A stretch of 59,808 nucleotides of DNA, filler included. It is 7 parts of 7 records of this genome, joined end to end, with 100 filler letters (N's around TTAATTAATTAA, not from the genome) between each part and the next. Parts side by side here need not be neighbours in the genome. Positions count along the whole stretch, not along the records: positions 38,738 to 53,738 come from SRR31147125_16108; 6 more parts are not named here. The stretch is one strand, 5' to 3'. Every line of letters starts with the position of its first letter. The first letter of the stretch is position 1. Below, one piece after another: positions 40,266-52,162 of this stretch. The notes beneath the pieces are model-generated. The model searched no databases and was not told the origin of the DNA. It saw nothing but the letters and a program-made list of their open reading frames with translations. The position numbers and the translations under genes were made by a program.

Positions 40266-41096
40266 ATGAACAAATATGCATTAATAATAATATTTATTGT
40301 TCTATTTACATCATGTAATGTTTATAAAACCCAAGAAGAAAACAATTCTAAAAGAAATACCATTAAGGTATGGCTAATTGGTGATTCTACCATGGCTGAT
40401 TACCGGAAACACCCTAAATACAAAGAAAGTGATAATCCTATTACAGGTTGGGGACAGGTTTTTCAGCCTTTTATGGATAGTAAATATTTGAATGATATAA
40501 AAGACTTTATAGATGCCGACACAGTAGTTGTTGATAACAGAGCTGCTGGAGGTCGAACTACCCGTTCATTTTTTGAAGAAGGGAAATGGCGAGATATTTA
40601 TAATTCAATGTTGCCTGGAGATTTCGTGTTTATTCAATTTGGTCATAATGATGCAGGGATAAAAATACCTGAAAAATATGCCTCAAGAGGTTATCCCGAA
40701 TTTGTTGATCTTGGATATAAAGAATATTTACGATTTTATGTAAGCGAAACTCGCGAAAAAGAAGGAATTCCAATATTACTAACCCCTGTAGCTCGCAATT
40801 ATCCATGGGAAAATGATACCCTTAAAAATGTACATGGAGATTTCCCAAAAAGTGTAAAAGAGGTTGTTGAAGAAATGGATGTGCTGTTTATAGACCTAAA
40901 CCAATTATCCATGGACTTTTTCACATCTAAGGGAATCGAATATGTTACTAATAATTATTTTATGAATATACCAGCAGGGAAATTGAGATCAATTCCTAAT
41001 GGATTAAAAGACAATACTCATTTTCAAACTGAAGGAGGAGACGAAGTTGCCCGGTTGGTTTATTTGGGATTAAAAGATTTAGCAAACAAAAAATAA
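40266..41096 (+). CDS. SGNH rhamnogalacturonan/pectin acetylesterase (CE12-like) lipoprotein
   Basis: GDSTM, GWG, GGRTTRSF, QFGHND, DNTHF. Confidence 0.9.
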   Translation: MNKYALIIIFIVLFTSCNVYKTQEENNSKRNTIKVWLIGDSTMADYRKHPKYKESDNPITGWGQVFQPFMDSKYLNDIKDFIDADTVVVDNRAAGGRTTRSFFEEGKWRDIYNSMLPGDFVFIQFGHNDAGIKIPEKYASRGYPEFVDLGYKEYLRFYVSETREKEGIPILLTPVARNYPWENDTLKNVHGDFPKSVKEVVEEMDVLFIDLNQLSMDFFTSKGIEYVTNNYFMNIPAGKLRSIPNGLKDNTHFQTEGGDEVARLVYLGLKDLANKK

Positions 41097-41102
41097 GAAT
41101 CA

Positions 41103-43618
41103 ATGAAAAGGATAATTTTAATTAGTCTGTCTTTTCTAATGTCGTTACTTGTTTATGCAAAACAAGAAGATAGTTATAAGTCACTTGATGAGAATGATCC
41201 AATCTTTTTTGGAGGGGATTATATCGTTTATCAAGAAGATACAATCATTCTAGGCTCAAATGCATTTTTTATCGACGGACAGTTTACAGATCAGGAGGCT
41301 GATAGCTATCCTTATGTTTTTAATTCAATAAACAAAGCAGCTAAGCATTTGAGTGATGGAACTGAAGAAGTACCGATGGTGCTTTACCTTGCTCCTTTTG
41401 TTTATTGGGTTGATGACCCGGACGATCCGGATGTTCGAATTCCAAAAGTTAAAGGAGGACCATACGGATTGGTTATCGAATGTGAATGGCTGAAGTTTCA
41501 CGGTTTGTCAAAAAATGCAGAAAATGTTGTTCTTGCATGTAATCGCGGTCAAACAATTGGTTCAAGAGGTAACTTTACTCTATTCAAATATATAGGACAG
41601 GGAACAAGTTCTGAAAATATCACATTTGGGAATTACTGCAATGTTGATCTGGAATTTCCTCTTAAGCCTGAGTTAAACAGAAAGAAAAGAGCATCTGCAA
41701 TTGTTCAGGCACAACTTATACATTGCAATGGAGACAAGATTGTAGCAAGAAATACACGATTTATTAGTCGCCTGAATTTGTGTCCCTTTGTTGGAGGAAA
41801 ACGTGTTTTGTTCGATCAGTGTCATTTTGAATCAACTGATGATGCTTTATGTGGAACCGGTATCTATCTTAACAGTACTTTTGATTTTTACAGTTCAAAA
41901 CCCTTTTACTGGACACGTGGAACCGGGTCTGTGTTTCTTAATTGTGATATTACTTCTTATACTAAAGTAAATCAATATTTTACGAAAGCCAAAGGTCAGC
42001 TTGCAGTTGTGGATACTCGGTTCAGATCTGAGAGCCTTGCATATTTGGGGTGGCAAGATACTCCTCCTCTGGAGATGCGTAATTATCAATACAATGTTTC
42101 ATTAAATGAGGAGCCTGTAAGTATAGGAACAAAAAATCCTGCATCAACCGTTGAAATGAATCAAAAGTCAATTCTTAATGCTTATCGATTAAATTACAAA
42201 GGTATAATAGTTTACAATACCTATAATCTTTTATGTGGAGATGATGATTGGGATCCGATGGGGATAAAAGAGATTGTGCTTTTAGCAGAAAAGGAAAATG
42301 AGAAAAAATACACCAATCTTCCTACTCAAATGGTGGTTGAACCAACTGGAGTTGCTATAGAAACAGAGAAAGATGATGTTCTCTTAACGGCGGTAGTAAA
42401 TCGGTTTGGGAATTATGAATTTAAAGGAGAATCTATTGAATGGTCTGTTGATTCAAAATTTAAAAATCTGGTTCGATTAGAAGTGAGTGGAGATAAGTTA
42501 GCATGTAAAGTTATTCCAACAAATACAAATGATGAAACTGTTCAGGTAATTGTTACTGCTTCAAGCTCATCAGGACTGGAAGCTATAAGTGTGTTGAATG
42601 TTGCTCCTTCAAAATTAGTTGCCCCTCAATTTAGTTCAATGCCTAATATTTCCTCTGATGGTAGTGGAAAACTTTTTGTGGATTATGAACTAGATATGCG
42701 GTTTGAAGATCAATCTTTGGTTAGCTGGTATCGTTGTCAGGATGAAATAGGAGCAATCCAATAAAAGTAGCTGTTTCCAGATTTAACAAGCCATTGCTTG
42801 AATATGAACTTACAACTGGAGATATTGGGTATTATTTAATGGCTGCTGTTGAACCAAAACACATTCGTTGTGATAAAGGTGCTGCAGTTTATGCGACCAT
42901 GAAAGAGCCTGTAACTATAAATGATATTAAAGTTGATCATGGGATTTTACTGTCCGATTTTAGCAATTTTCCAACAACTAATCAACCAAAGGTTATTCCC
43001 GGGTTTTGGACTTTGGACAGCTTCGATCCAATGTTTAAAGGAAGAGCAACAAAAATTAGTGGTGATGTAGATGCCTGGTACTATGGTGATGGAAAGAACG
43101 GAGCTAAAGGTATGCGTGGACTGTTACAGGATCGCTATGCACGTTTGTTTTATACACCTGTAAAGGGGCAGTATCATAATATGAAACTTTCAATGGAGGT
43201 TGCTCCATTCAAGACAGCAGGACAGGGATTTAGCATTGCTCCACTATACATGGATGTGCTTGTTGATTTCAATGCAGAAACTTTAACCGGATATGGATTG
43301 AGATTTATTAGAACAACAAAATTTCATAATGCTGTTGATTGTGTATTTGTAAAATATCAAAATGGGGATATCATTGAAATAAGTGACCCAATATCTACTT
43401 CATGTTATCATACTCCTTGTTTTATTACCCTCGAAATTACTGGGAACAAAATAATTGCACACGCAGAAACTGCAGCTCAAATCTCTGAGAGATCGGATGT
43501 TGTAAAAGAAGTTGATATGGAGACGGATATTATTCCTTACAATAATGGCGGATTTGGTATTCAGTATGCTGGAGGAGCTCCGACCATGATTAAGAATATG
43601 AAAGTCTCATGGAAGTAA
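41103..43618 (+). CDS. Large pectin-lyase-fold / pectinesterase-like protein, split by a frameshift near 42752
   Basis: Beta-helix-like N-terminal half; ORFs 41103-42764 and 42794-43618 join as G-S-NPIKVAVSRFNKPLLEY with one extra base. Confidence 0.7.
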
Positions 43619-43645
43619 ATGCAGCGAATTTAAATTTATAGAAAA

Positions 43646-45712
43646 ATGAAAGTATATAAATCATACATACATAGTTGTTATTTTACAGTGAATATAAAAG
43701 CTCTTTTAATATTTTTACTATTGAGTGTTTTATCACTGCTAACCTTATATGTTCAGGCCGAATCCAGTTCATTGGAAGGGATGGAATTATATCCTATAAA
43801 CAATTCAATAAATATTAATCCTGATACCCGTTTGATAATCACTTTTGAATATCCGGTAGTATTGGGTAATAAAGGTAAAATAAGGGTGTATGATGCATCA
43901 ACCGATGAATTGGTCGATAGCCTGGATATGAGTATTGCGCCTGGTCCAAGAAATACTCGAACTCCGTCACCCTATGACACTTTGGTGTATGAAGGAATCC
44001 CTGATAAACTATATACCGTATATGAACCTGATCGAGACACATCTCACGTGTATCAAATAAATAATATTGGAGGAAATGCTAAATACGATGCTTGTCATTT
44101 TTATCCGGTGCTTATCAATGGCAACACTGCGACTATCTGTCTTCACAATAATCAATTGGAGTATAATAAAACATATTATGTAACAATTGATTCAGAAGTA
44201 TTTCCTTTTAAAAATGGAAGTTTTCACGGTATTTCAGGAGATAAAAGTTGGGTATTTTCAACTAAAAAAGATGCACCTTTAATAAATTCATCACAGTTGG
44301 TTGTAGCAGCTGATGGCAGTGGCGATTTCAGTACGGTGCAGGGAGCTTTTGATTTTATTCCTGAAAACAACACAAGTCCCAAAACTATCTTCATAAAAAA
44401 TGGGATTTACGAAGAAATGGTAGTTCTGGCGAACAAGCATAATATTACGGTATTGGGGGAAGATCGGGACAAAACAATTATTCAATATGCCAATAATGGT
44501 GTTTTCAACTATAGGCGATATGAATTTACGGCACATAGATCGAATGATTTGAAGCTGGTTAATTTCACAACAATTTCTCTTGGAGAAGAGCCTGCTCAGG
44601 CAGAGGGACTTTGTATAAAAGGGAAAAGAAATCAAGTGCATAATGTAACCATCATCGGTTCGGGTGATGCCGTACAGGCGGCGGGGACTATTTATATGTC
44701 AGAGTCGAGTATTAAAGGTTATGGTGATAATGTACTTGGGGCTGGAATTTTCTTTAACAAATGTGATTTTATTACGACTTACGGACCCCATTTGTGGGCT
44801 AGGAATAGTAAAGGAAATCCGGGCTATGTTTTGTATGAATGTCGATTGTGGAAAGAAGGGGATGGAGATGCAGTAGTTTCAACATTTGCAAGAGCACCGA
44901 TTAAATCAAACTACAGCTTTCCATATACTGAAACGGTCCTAATCAATTGTGAAACAGATGGAATTCCGCCGAGTGGGTGGAGTGAGTCCTCTTATCCATG
45001 TAGCGATTCACACTGCTGGGAATACAATACAACTAATCTGTATGATGGGAAACCTGCTGATGTTAGTCAAAGAGCTCCTTATTCACGCCAATTAACTATT
45101 GAAGATGATTCACAAATTATTGCCAACTATAGTGATCCTACTTTTTTCCTTAAAGGTTGGACTCCTGAATATGCTCCAGTTATCTTATCAAAAATGGATA
45201 CAATTTCAGCAGATAAAGGTTCTTGTATTGAATTAAAAGTAAGGGTTGCAGCAGCACCTATACCCAATTATCAATGGTTTAAAAATGGAGAATTGCTAAA
45301 TGGTGAAACGAATTCAACTTTAAAACTAGATTCATTGAGTAGTGATAACAGAGGAGATTATAGTGTTAGAATAGAGAATAGCCTTGGCAATGATTCGAGT
45401 TGTGTAATGAAAGTGATTGTAAAGGAAGTGCTTAGTCATTCTGAAATCAATATGAATAACAACAGCAGTTCATTAATTAATTTGTATCCAAATCCGGCAA
45501 GAAATATTTTACATGTTGAATATTTAGAAGAATTGTTGAGTCCAATCTATGGATCAATTATAGATTTTTCAGGTAAGCAAGTCTTCTCGTTTAAAGATGA
45601 AAATTATGTTTATGCTAATAGCAACATCAAGACCGTAGATGTTTCTTCCTTAAGAACAGGGAATTACTTCTTTATAATCAAAAATTCCAAAATAGAATTC
45701 ATAATCAACTAA
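43646..45712 (+). CDS. Pectinesterase (CE8-like) with N-terminal Ig-like domain, Ig domain and T9SS C-terminal domain
   Basis: VVAADGSGDFSTVQGA, IKNGIYEE, QAE; YQWFKNG Ig; LYPNPARN...GNYF CTD. Confidence 0.85.
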   Translation: MKVYKSYIHSCYFTVNIKALLIFLLLSVLSLLTLYVQAESSSLEGMELYPINNSININPDTRLIITFEYPVVLGNKGKIRVYDASTDELVDSLDMSIAPGPRNTRTPSPYDTLVYEGIPDKLYTVYEPDRDTSHVYQINNIGGNAKYDACHFYPVLINGNTATICLHNNQLEYNKTYYVTIDSEVFPFKNGSFHGISGDKSWVFSTKKDAPLINSSQLVVAADGSGDFSTVQGAFDFIPENNTSPKTIFIKNGIYEEMVVLANKHNITVLGEDRDKTIIQYANNGVFNYRRYEFTAHRSNDLKLVNFTTISLGEEPAQAEGLCIKGKRNQVHNVTIIGSGDAVQAAGTIYMSESSIKGYGDNVLGAGIFFNKCDFITTYGPHLWARNSKGNPGYVLYECRLWKEGDGDAVVSTFARAPIKSNYSFPYTETVLINCETDGIPPSGWSESSYPCSDSHCWEYNTTNLYDGKPADVSQRAPYSRQLTIEDDSQIIANYSDPTFFLKGWTPEYAPVILSKMDTISADKGSCIELKVRVAAAPIPNYQWFKNGELLNGETNSTLKLDSLSSDNRGDYSVRIENSLGNDSSCVMKVIVKEVLSHSEINMNNNSSSLINLYPNPARNILHVEYLEELLSPIYGSIIDFSGKQVFSFKDENYVYANSNIKTVDVSSLRTGNYFFIIKNSKIEFIIN

Positions 45713-45742
45713 GCATAGTTAGGTAACTTAAATCTCCAGTAA

Positions 45743-47562
45743 ATGAAAACTCAAAATCTTTTAAAACCTAATAGTAAGATCAAAATTCAAAAATCATATT
45801 TAGGAATATTCTTGATTGGATTATTTCTTGCATGCTTTGCTTGTACTGATTCTAAAGAATCAGTGATCATGTTTCCGCAAAATCAAACTGAAGGTGTAAA
45901 TCCGGATACTCCACTTAAACTTATCTTTCCTAATCTACCTATTTTAGGACAGTCTGGGATGATTCGTATTTACGATTATGCAAATGATGAACTGATTGAT
46001 TCGCTGGATATGAGTATTCCTCCCGGACCAAAAAATACGAGAACACCTGCACCTTATGATAAGATGGTTTACAAGTCTGATCCATGGGATCCTGCAAATG
46101 GATATGAGCGATCAAATCGACCTAAGGTTTTTCCACCACTAGAAGATCAGTATCAGCATAAATATATTGGAGGCACATTAGAATCAGACGTATATCATTT
46201 TTATCCTGTTCTTTTTGATGAAAATGTTGCAACAATAACATTGCATAATACCTTACAATATGACAAGGAGTATTATGTGCTGATTGATGAGGGGTCTTAT
46301 CATATGCTGATAGTAGTTCATTTTCAATAACACAAAAAGATCAGTGGACTTTTTCAACAAAAGAAATACCTCCTTCTTCGGATGCTGAGATGTACACTGT
46401 TTCTGTAGATGGAACTGGCGATTTTAATACAGTTCAGGGAGCACTGGAATTTATCCCGAATAATAATCCAGAACGGAAAACCATTTACATTAAAAATGGA
46501 AAGTACCAAGAGATTGTTTACTTCCGAAACAAAGAGAATATCAGTATTGTGGGCGAAAGTCGGGAAGAAACCGTTATAGCTTATCCAAATAATGGTTTTT
46601 TTAATCCGCGCCCTAATGGAGACCGATTAGAAATGATTAAACGGTTCAGAAATCGAAGATCTATCTTTGCTGTTGATAACTCCAATGATATTCATCTTGT
46701 CAATTTCACAATACTTTCTATAGGAGAAGCACCCGCTCAGAATGAAGGTCTTCTAATTAAAGGAGACAAAAATATTGTTTATAATGTTACTATTGATGCT
46801 TCAGGTGATGCCTTGCAGGCTAACGGTAATATTTATATGGAAAAAAGCAGTATTAAAGGTTTCGGTGATAATGTTCTAGGTCGTGGGGCTGTATTCTTTA
46901 AAAACTGTGATTTTATTTCAACTTATGGCCCACATTTATGGCCACGCAATAGCTCAGATAATCATGGTAATGTGTTAGTCGAATGTAAACTATATACTGT
47001 TGGAGGAGTGAAAGCAACATTTGCAAGAGCACCGGTTAAAAAGCATTATCGTTTCCCTTATTCTGAAGCAGTGTTGATTAATTGTGCTTTGGAAAATGTT
47101 AAGCCAGAGGGATGGGGACAAACCGATTCATTATGTCCTCAAGCTCGTTGTTGGGAGTACAATAGCATAAATATAAGTGATGGAACGCCTGCCGATGTGA
47201 GCCAGCGTGCACATTATTCAAGACAACTTTCAATGGAAAATGATGCTGATATAATTGCTAATTACACTAACCCAGCATATGTGCTTGGAGGCTGGGAACC
47301 AAAACTTATTCCGTATATTTTATTGCAACCTGAAGCAAAATCGGTTGAGCAAACTTCGATAGTTGAGTTTAATGTAGAAGTTGCTGCCATTCCAAAAGCA
47401 CATTATCAATGGTATAAAGATGGTGAAAAAATTGAAGGTGAAACAAACTCTACATTAGAAATAAGTTCTACAAGTTCCAATGATGAAGGCACTTATTCTG
47501 TTGAAGCAATTAATGATTTGGGAAGCGTTATAAGTAAGCCTGTTAATTTAAAAGTTCTTTAA
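45743..47562 (+). CDS. Pectinesterase (CE8-like) lipoprotein paralogue, split by a frameshift in a G-run near 46292
   Basis: ORFs 45743-46330 and 46390-47562 join as DEGVLSYADSSSFSITQKDQWTFSTK, collinear with its two paralogues. Confidence 0.83.
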
Positions 47563-47580
47563 ACATTAAAAAGAAATAAT

Positions 47581-49953
47581 GTGATGAATATTTTCGGTTT
47601 AAGAATACAAGAAAGAATTTTCATGTTAATCCTGATTCTTCTTTTAACGAGCAGTTCCGCTTTATTTTCTCAAAATACTGATGAAAAACAAAACAATGCA
47701 AATAGAGATAAACTAGCAGCAGAAACACGTTTTTCAAGGATAAGGGAAATGCAACGTCTTTTTCGTTGGTGGGACTTGGAGGTAAGTAAGAAACCTTACT
47801 CTTGGTATCGTTCCGAATCTGGGATTAAGGCTGCTGAAAACATCCTTTCATGGCAAGATAATGGTACCGGTTGGCCTTTAATGAATACTGTTCGCAAACC
47901 TTTTACAGGAGATATGAGCAAAGTCGGACCTTGGGGTAAGAAAGCCTCTTTGAATAATGCAACGATTAATGAGATTCGCTTTCTTGCTAGAGGGTATAGG
48001 GCAACGAAAGATGAGCGCTACAAAAAAGCGACTATTGAAGGGTTAGTATATCTGTTGGAAGCACAACACGAATCGGGAGGCTGGCCTCATTCTTATCCAT
48101 ATCGGATGACAGATTATTCACACTACGCAACTTTCAACGATGAGGTAATACCTGTTATAATGACACTCTTTAATGAAGTATTAACCTTGCCTGATTTTAA
48201 GATGATAGGCGATGAAAATCTGGAAAAGATTAAAAAAGCTTATGATAAAGGTCTTGATTTTATTTTGAAAAGTCAGCTAGTTGTTGATGGGAAGCTTACA
48301 GCCTGGGCACAGCAATATGATGAAGTAAGCTATGAGCCAAAACCAGCCAGAAAATTTGAGCCTGTAGCAATTTCTGGTGGTGAGAGTGCAAGTGTTCTAC
48401 TTTTTTTAATGAGTATTCGTAAACCCTCTCAGGAATTAAAAGAAGCAGTTAAAGCTGGAGTTCAATGGTATCATGATGTTCAGATTAATGGATACAAACT
48501 AATTAAGGGAGCAGGTGATCAGTTAATTGAACCGGATTCGATAGCACCTTCTCTTTGGGCAAGATATTATGAAATAGGAACAAACAGACCAATTTTTGCA
48601 GGAAGGGATGGTATTATTAGGTATGATCTTACTGAAGTTGAATTAGAAAGACGCAAGGGCTATTCCTGGTATAATTACAATGGAAATGAGGTTTTTAATC
48701 GATATGAAGAATGGCTTCATGAACGAAAATGGGATGATCAGCCAAAAACAAATATCGATGAATCGAAAGTTGATGAGTATACTCTAATTGATCCGCTTCA
48801 AATGTTGAATGGAAATCTGGTGCGATCTATTGAGCAGTGGGAAACCAAACGACGTGCAGAAATACTAAATCTCTTCGAGCAATATCAGCATGGAAAAACA
48901 CCAGCTTCAAACCAGCTTAACATATCTCATGAAGTTTTGGAACGAAACGTTCCTGGAATGGGAGGGGCTTCAAAGCGTACTCAGGTTAGGATACATTTTC
49001 CTGATTATAAAGATTCGCCTGTTGTTCGTTTGCTCCTGAATGTGCCTGCTAATGTGAAAGGTCCTGTGCCTACATTGCTGCACATTAGTTTTTCACCCAA
49101 TGTGTTACTTTTTAATGAACCTGGAATTGATGAAGGCATGGCTTGGAATGTGAGGATGAAAATACCAATACCGGATAGGGAAGCATTTTTGTTGAAAGAC
49201 ATCAACCCGAAACATTTTATTGAAAAAGGTTATGGTATTGCTACTGTGTATTATGGAGATATTGAACCTGATTTTGATGGTGGTAAAGAATTTGGTGTCC
49301 GCTCTCTTTTTGATGATGATGGTGAAGCAAAATCTGATGAATGGGGAGCTATTGGAGCTTGGGCTTGGGGGCTCAGTCGAATAATGGATTATCTTCAAAC
49401 TGACCCGGCCGTCGATGGAAAGAAAATTGCAGTTTCAGGGGTTTCAAGGCTTGGGAAAACAGTGCTTTGGACTGCAGCACAGGATCAACGCTTTGCTATG
49501 GCAATTCCAATTGTTTCTGGAGAAGGGGGAGCGGCAACAAGTCGTCGTAACTATGGAGAAACTATTGCTGATTTAACCAATCCGTTTCGTTATGATTATT
49601 GGTTTGCACCTCGGTATGCTGAATATGCCTTTAAACCCAATGAACTGCCTGTAGATGGAAACTTGCTGCTAACCTTAATTGCTCCTCGTCCCTTGCTCCA
49701 GATTGTTGGTGTTTCAGATACCTGGTCTGATCCGAAAGGTGAGTGGGTTTCAGCTAAATCGGCAGAATCTGTTTATGTTCTCTATGGATTAAAAGGCATA
49801 GAAACAATAGATTACCCGACACCTGATAGCTCAATTCTAAACGATATGGGATTTTTCATTCATGATGCAGGTCATACTGTTATTCAAAAAGATTTTGAGA
49901 TAATGACCGATTTTATGGATAAACATTTTACAAATCAAACAATTGAAAAATAA
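47581..49953 (+). CDS. PL10 pectate lyase fused to a CE15 (glucuronoyl esterase-like) domain
   Basis: SGGWP, TFND, AWAQQYD, ARKFEP, WARYYE (PL10); then WGAIGAWAWG.SR..DYL, GVSRLGK, SGEGGAA, LIAPRP, WSDP.G (CE15). Confidence 0.85.
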   Translation: MMNIFGLRIQERIFMLILILLLTSSSALFSQNTDEKQNNANRDKLAAETRFSRIREMQRLFRWWDLEVSKKPYSWYRSESGIKAAENILSWQDNGTGWPLMNTVRKPFTGDMSKVGPWGKKASLNNATINEIRFLARGYRATKDERYKKATIEGLVYLLEAQHESGGWPHSYPYRMTDYSHYATFNDEVIPVIMTLFNEVLTLPDFKMIGDENLEKIKKAYDKGLDFILKSQLVVDGKLTAWAQQYDEVSYEPKPARKFEPVAISGGESASVLLFLMSIRKPSQELKEAVKAGVQWYHDVQINGYKLIKGAGDQLIEPDSIAPSLWARYYEIGTNRPIFAGRDGIIRYDLTEVELERRKGYSWYNYNGNEVFNRYEEWLHERKWDDQPKTNIDESKVDEYTLIDPLQMLNGNLVRSIEQWETKRRAEILNLFEQYQHGKTPASNQLNISHEVLERNVPGMGGASKRTQVRIHFPDYKDSPVVRLLLNVPANVKGPVPTLLHISFSPNVLLFNEPGIDEGMAWNVRMKIPIPDREAFLLKDINPKHFIEKGYGIATVYYGDIEPDFDGGKEFGVRSLFDDDGEAKSDEWGAIGAWAWGLSRIMDYLQTDPAVDGKKIAVSGVSRLGKTVLWTAAQDQRFAMAIPIVSGEGGAATSRRNYGETIADLTNPFRYDYWFAPRYAEYAFKPNELPVDGNLLLTLIAPRPLLQIVGVSDTWSDPKGEWVSAKSAESVYVLYGLKGIETIDYPTPDSSILNDMGFFIHDAGHTVIQKDFEIMTDFMDKHFTNQTIEK

Positions 49954-49963
49954 CCTTTTAAAT

Positions 49964-51529
49964 ATGAAATTGATAAAATTATATTTGATGATGTTTGCTT
50001 TGGTCATGGTAGTTGTATCATGTTCGACCCATTCAGTAGATTCTGTTAATAAATTCCCTGCAAATAAGGCAAAAGAGGTAAATCCCGATACGCATTTAGT
50101 ACTAAGCTTTGCCAGCAAACCAACATTAGGTAATTCGGGGATGATTCGTATTTTCGATGCGTCTGACAATCGTTTGGTTGATTCTCTTGATTTAAGTATT
50201 CCTCCAGGGCCAACCGAGAGGAACAACACAAAGGTTCCTTACATTCAATCGCCATACGAATATGTTTCAGGTAATTTTACAAATGCCAATACCAAGCCGG
50301 GTACTCCAACAGGAGGGGCAAAACCAAATTCAGATAAATACCAGCTTACAATTATTGGTGGATTTACAGATGCGTTTCATTTTTATCCGGTCATTATAAA
50401 CGATACTGTAGCAACAATATACCCGCACAACAATTTATTGGAATACGATAAGACTTATTATGTCCAAATTGATTCTGAAGTTTTTTCTTTAGCTGATAGT
50501 AGCTTTGGGGGAATTTCAGGTAAGAAAGCATGGACATTTTCAACGAAACAAATTCCACCTTCTAAAGGATCAAAAGAACTAGTTGTATCCGCAGATGGCA
50601 CTGGAGATTTTAATACGGTGCAGGGAGCAGTTGACTTTATACCGGATAATAATCCTGAACGTGTTACAATTTTTATTAAAAATGGCAGGTATGAAGAGAT
50701 CGTTTACTTCCGAAATAAATCAAATATTACGTTTTTGGGTGAAGATCGGGAAAAGACTAAAGTCTGTTATGCCAACAATGAGAAATTTAATCCGCACCCT
50801 GAAAATATTGCAAATAATGAAATGCCTGGTGCTTTCCCATATCGAAGGGCTGCATTTGCTGCTGATAATTCAAGTGGGATCCATATTATAAACATGACAA
50901 TTGAGTCGATCAATCCAAAGCCAGCTCAGGCAGAGGGATTGCTTATTGTGGGTGAAGAAAATATTGTACGTGCAGTTACCATTATTGGCTCCGGTGATGC
51001 TTTGCAAATAAATGGTTCTGTGTATCTGGAGGATGTTCAGCTCACTGGATTTGGAGATAATGTGCTCGGAAGAGGACCTGCTTTTTTCAAAAATTGTGAA
51101 TTGATTTCATTCTATGGTCCACACATGTGGATTCGAAATACGGATACAAACCATGGGAATGTATTTGTAAACTGTACTTTTCGAATGGTTGGTGATCTGG
51201 AAACAACTATTGCCCGTACTAATGATAATAGAAAAGGTGGTTATCCTTATGCTGAGGCTGTTTTGCTTAACTGCAAGTTACACGGCATTCGACCTGAAGG
51301 TTGGGGAGTGAAAGGGAAAGGCATTTCCAATATCCATTATTGGGAATATAATAGTATAAATTTAGATGATGGAAAACCGATTGATGCTAGTCAACGTCAT
51401 CCAATATCAAGGCAGTTAACAATGGAGAAGGATTCTTCAATTATTTCGAATTATAGTAACCCCTCATTTGTCTTGGGAGGGTGGAAACCGCAGATAGACC
51501 CAACAATTCTTTCTCAACTTAAAAATTAA
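49964..51529 (+). CDS. Pectinesterase (CE8-like) lipoprotein with N-terminal Ig-like domain
   Basis: VVSC lipobox; VNPDTHL, VVSADGTGDFNTVQGA, IKNGRYEE, QAEG. Confidence 0.85.
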   Translation: MKLIKLYLMMFALVMVVVSCSTHSVDSVNKFPANKAKEVNPDTHLVLSFASKPTLGNSGMIRIFDASDNRLVDSLDLSIPPGPTERNNTKVPYIQSPYEYVSGNFTNANTKPGTPTGGAKPNSDKYQLTIIGGFTDAFHFYPVIINDTVATIYPHNNLLEYDKTYYVQIDSEVFSLADSSFGGISGKKAWTFSTKQIPPSKGSKELVVSADGTGDFNTVQGAVDFIPDNNPERVTIFIKNGRYEEIVYFRNKSNITFLGEDREKTKVCYANNEKFNPHPENIANNEMPGAFPYRRAAFAADNSSGIHIINMTIESINPKPAQAEGLLIVGEENIVRAVTIIGSGDALQINGSVYLEDVQLTGFGDNVLGRGPAFFKNCELISFYGPHMWIRNTDTNHGNVFVNCTFRMVGDLETTIARTNDNRKGGYPYAEAVLLNCKLHGIRPEGWGVKGKGISNIHYWEYNSINLDDGKPIDASQRHPISRQLTMEKDSSIISNYSNPSFVLGGWKPQIDPTILSQLKN

Positions 51530-51578
51530 TCCAATCGGAAGTTCGTTGATATATAATAACCAATAAAATTTGACTAAA

Positions 51579-52052
51579 ATGAAAACTCAACTATTTAGAA
51601 AATCAATTAGCGTATTTGTTCTATTGCTTGTAGGTTTATGCGTAATGGCTGGAAATCCTAATTTTTCAGGGAACTGGAAATTAGATAAAGCTAAAAGTAC
51701 GCTCAGTACACAATACAGCTTTGCTCCTTCGTCACTTTCAATTTCACAAACAGACAATAATATTGAGGTAAGCAGAACAATAAATCTTCAGGGATCTGAG
51801 ATGAACATTATTGAAAAAGCTACATTAGATGGAAAAGAATGCAAGAATGAAGGTTACCAGGGAAGTAGTAAACTAACCACAGCAGTTTGGTCAGAAAAAG
51901 GAACTTCACTTACAGTAACGAATAAGATCGGAGGTATGGAAATGACATCTGTTCAAGTTTATTCTTTTGAAGGAGATCTGCTCACCATACAGTCATCATA
52001 TTCTTCGAGCTATGGGGATATGAAAGAAACATGGGTTTTGGCGAAAGAATAA
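51579..52052 (+). CDS. Secreted beta-barrel (lipocalin-like) hypothetical protein
   Basis: Signal peptide followed by NFSGNWKLDKAKS motif. Confidence 0.65.
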   Translation: MKTQLFRKSISVFVLLLVGLCVMAGNPNFSGNWKLDKAKSTLSTQYSFAPSSLSISQTDNNIEVSRTINLQGSEMNIIEKATLDGKECKNEGYQGSSKLTTAVWSEKGTSLTVTNKIGGMEMTSVQVYSFEGDLLTIQSSYSSSYGDMKETWVLAKE

Positions 52053-52162
52053 TCTACATTATTAAAGTGCTTTAGTAGTACTGAAGATGAAATAAGCAAT
52101 AAAATTTAAGTTGTTGAATTACAGGGTTAATGTAGTCCGTTTTGACTGCAAATGGAGAAAGT

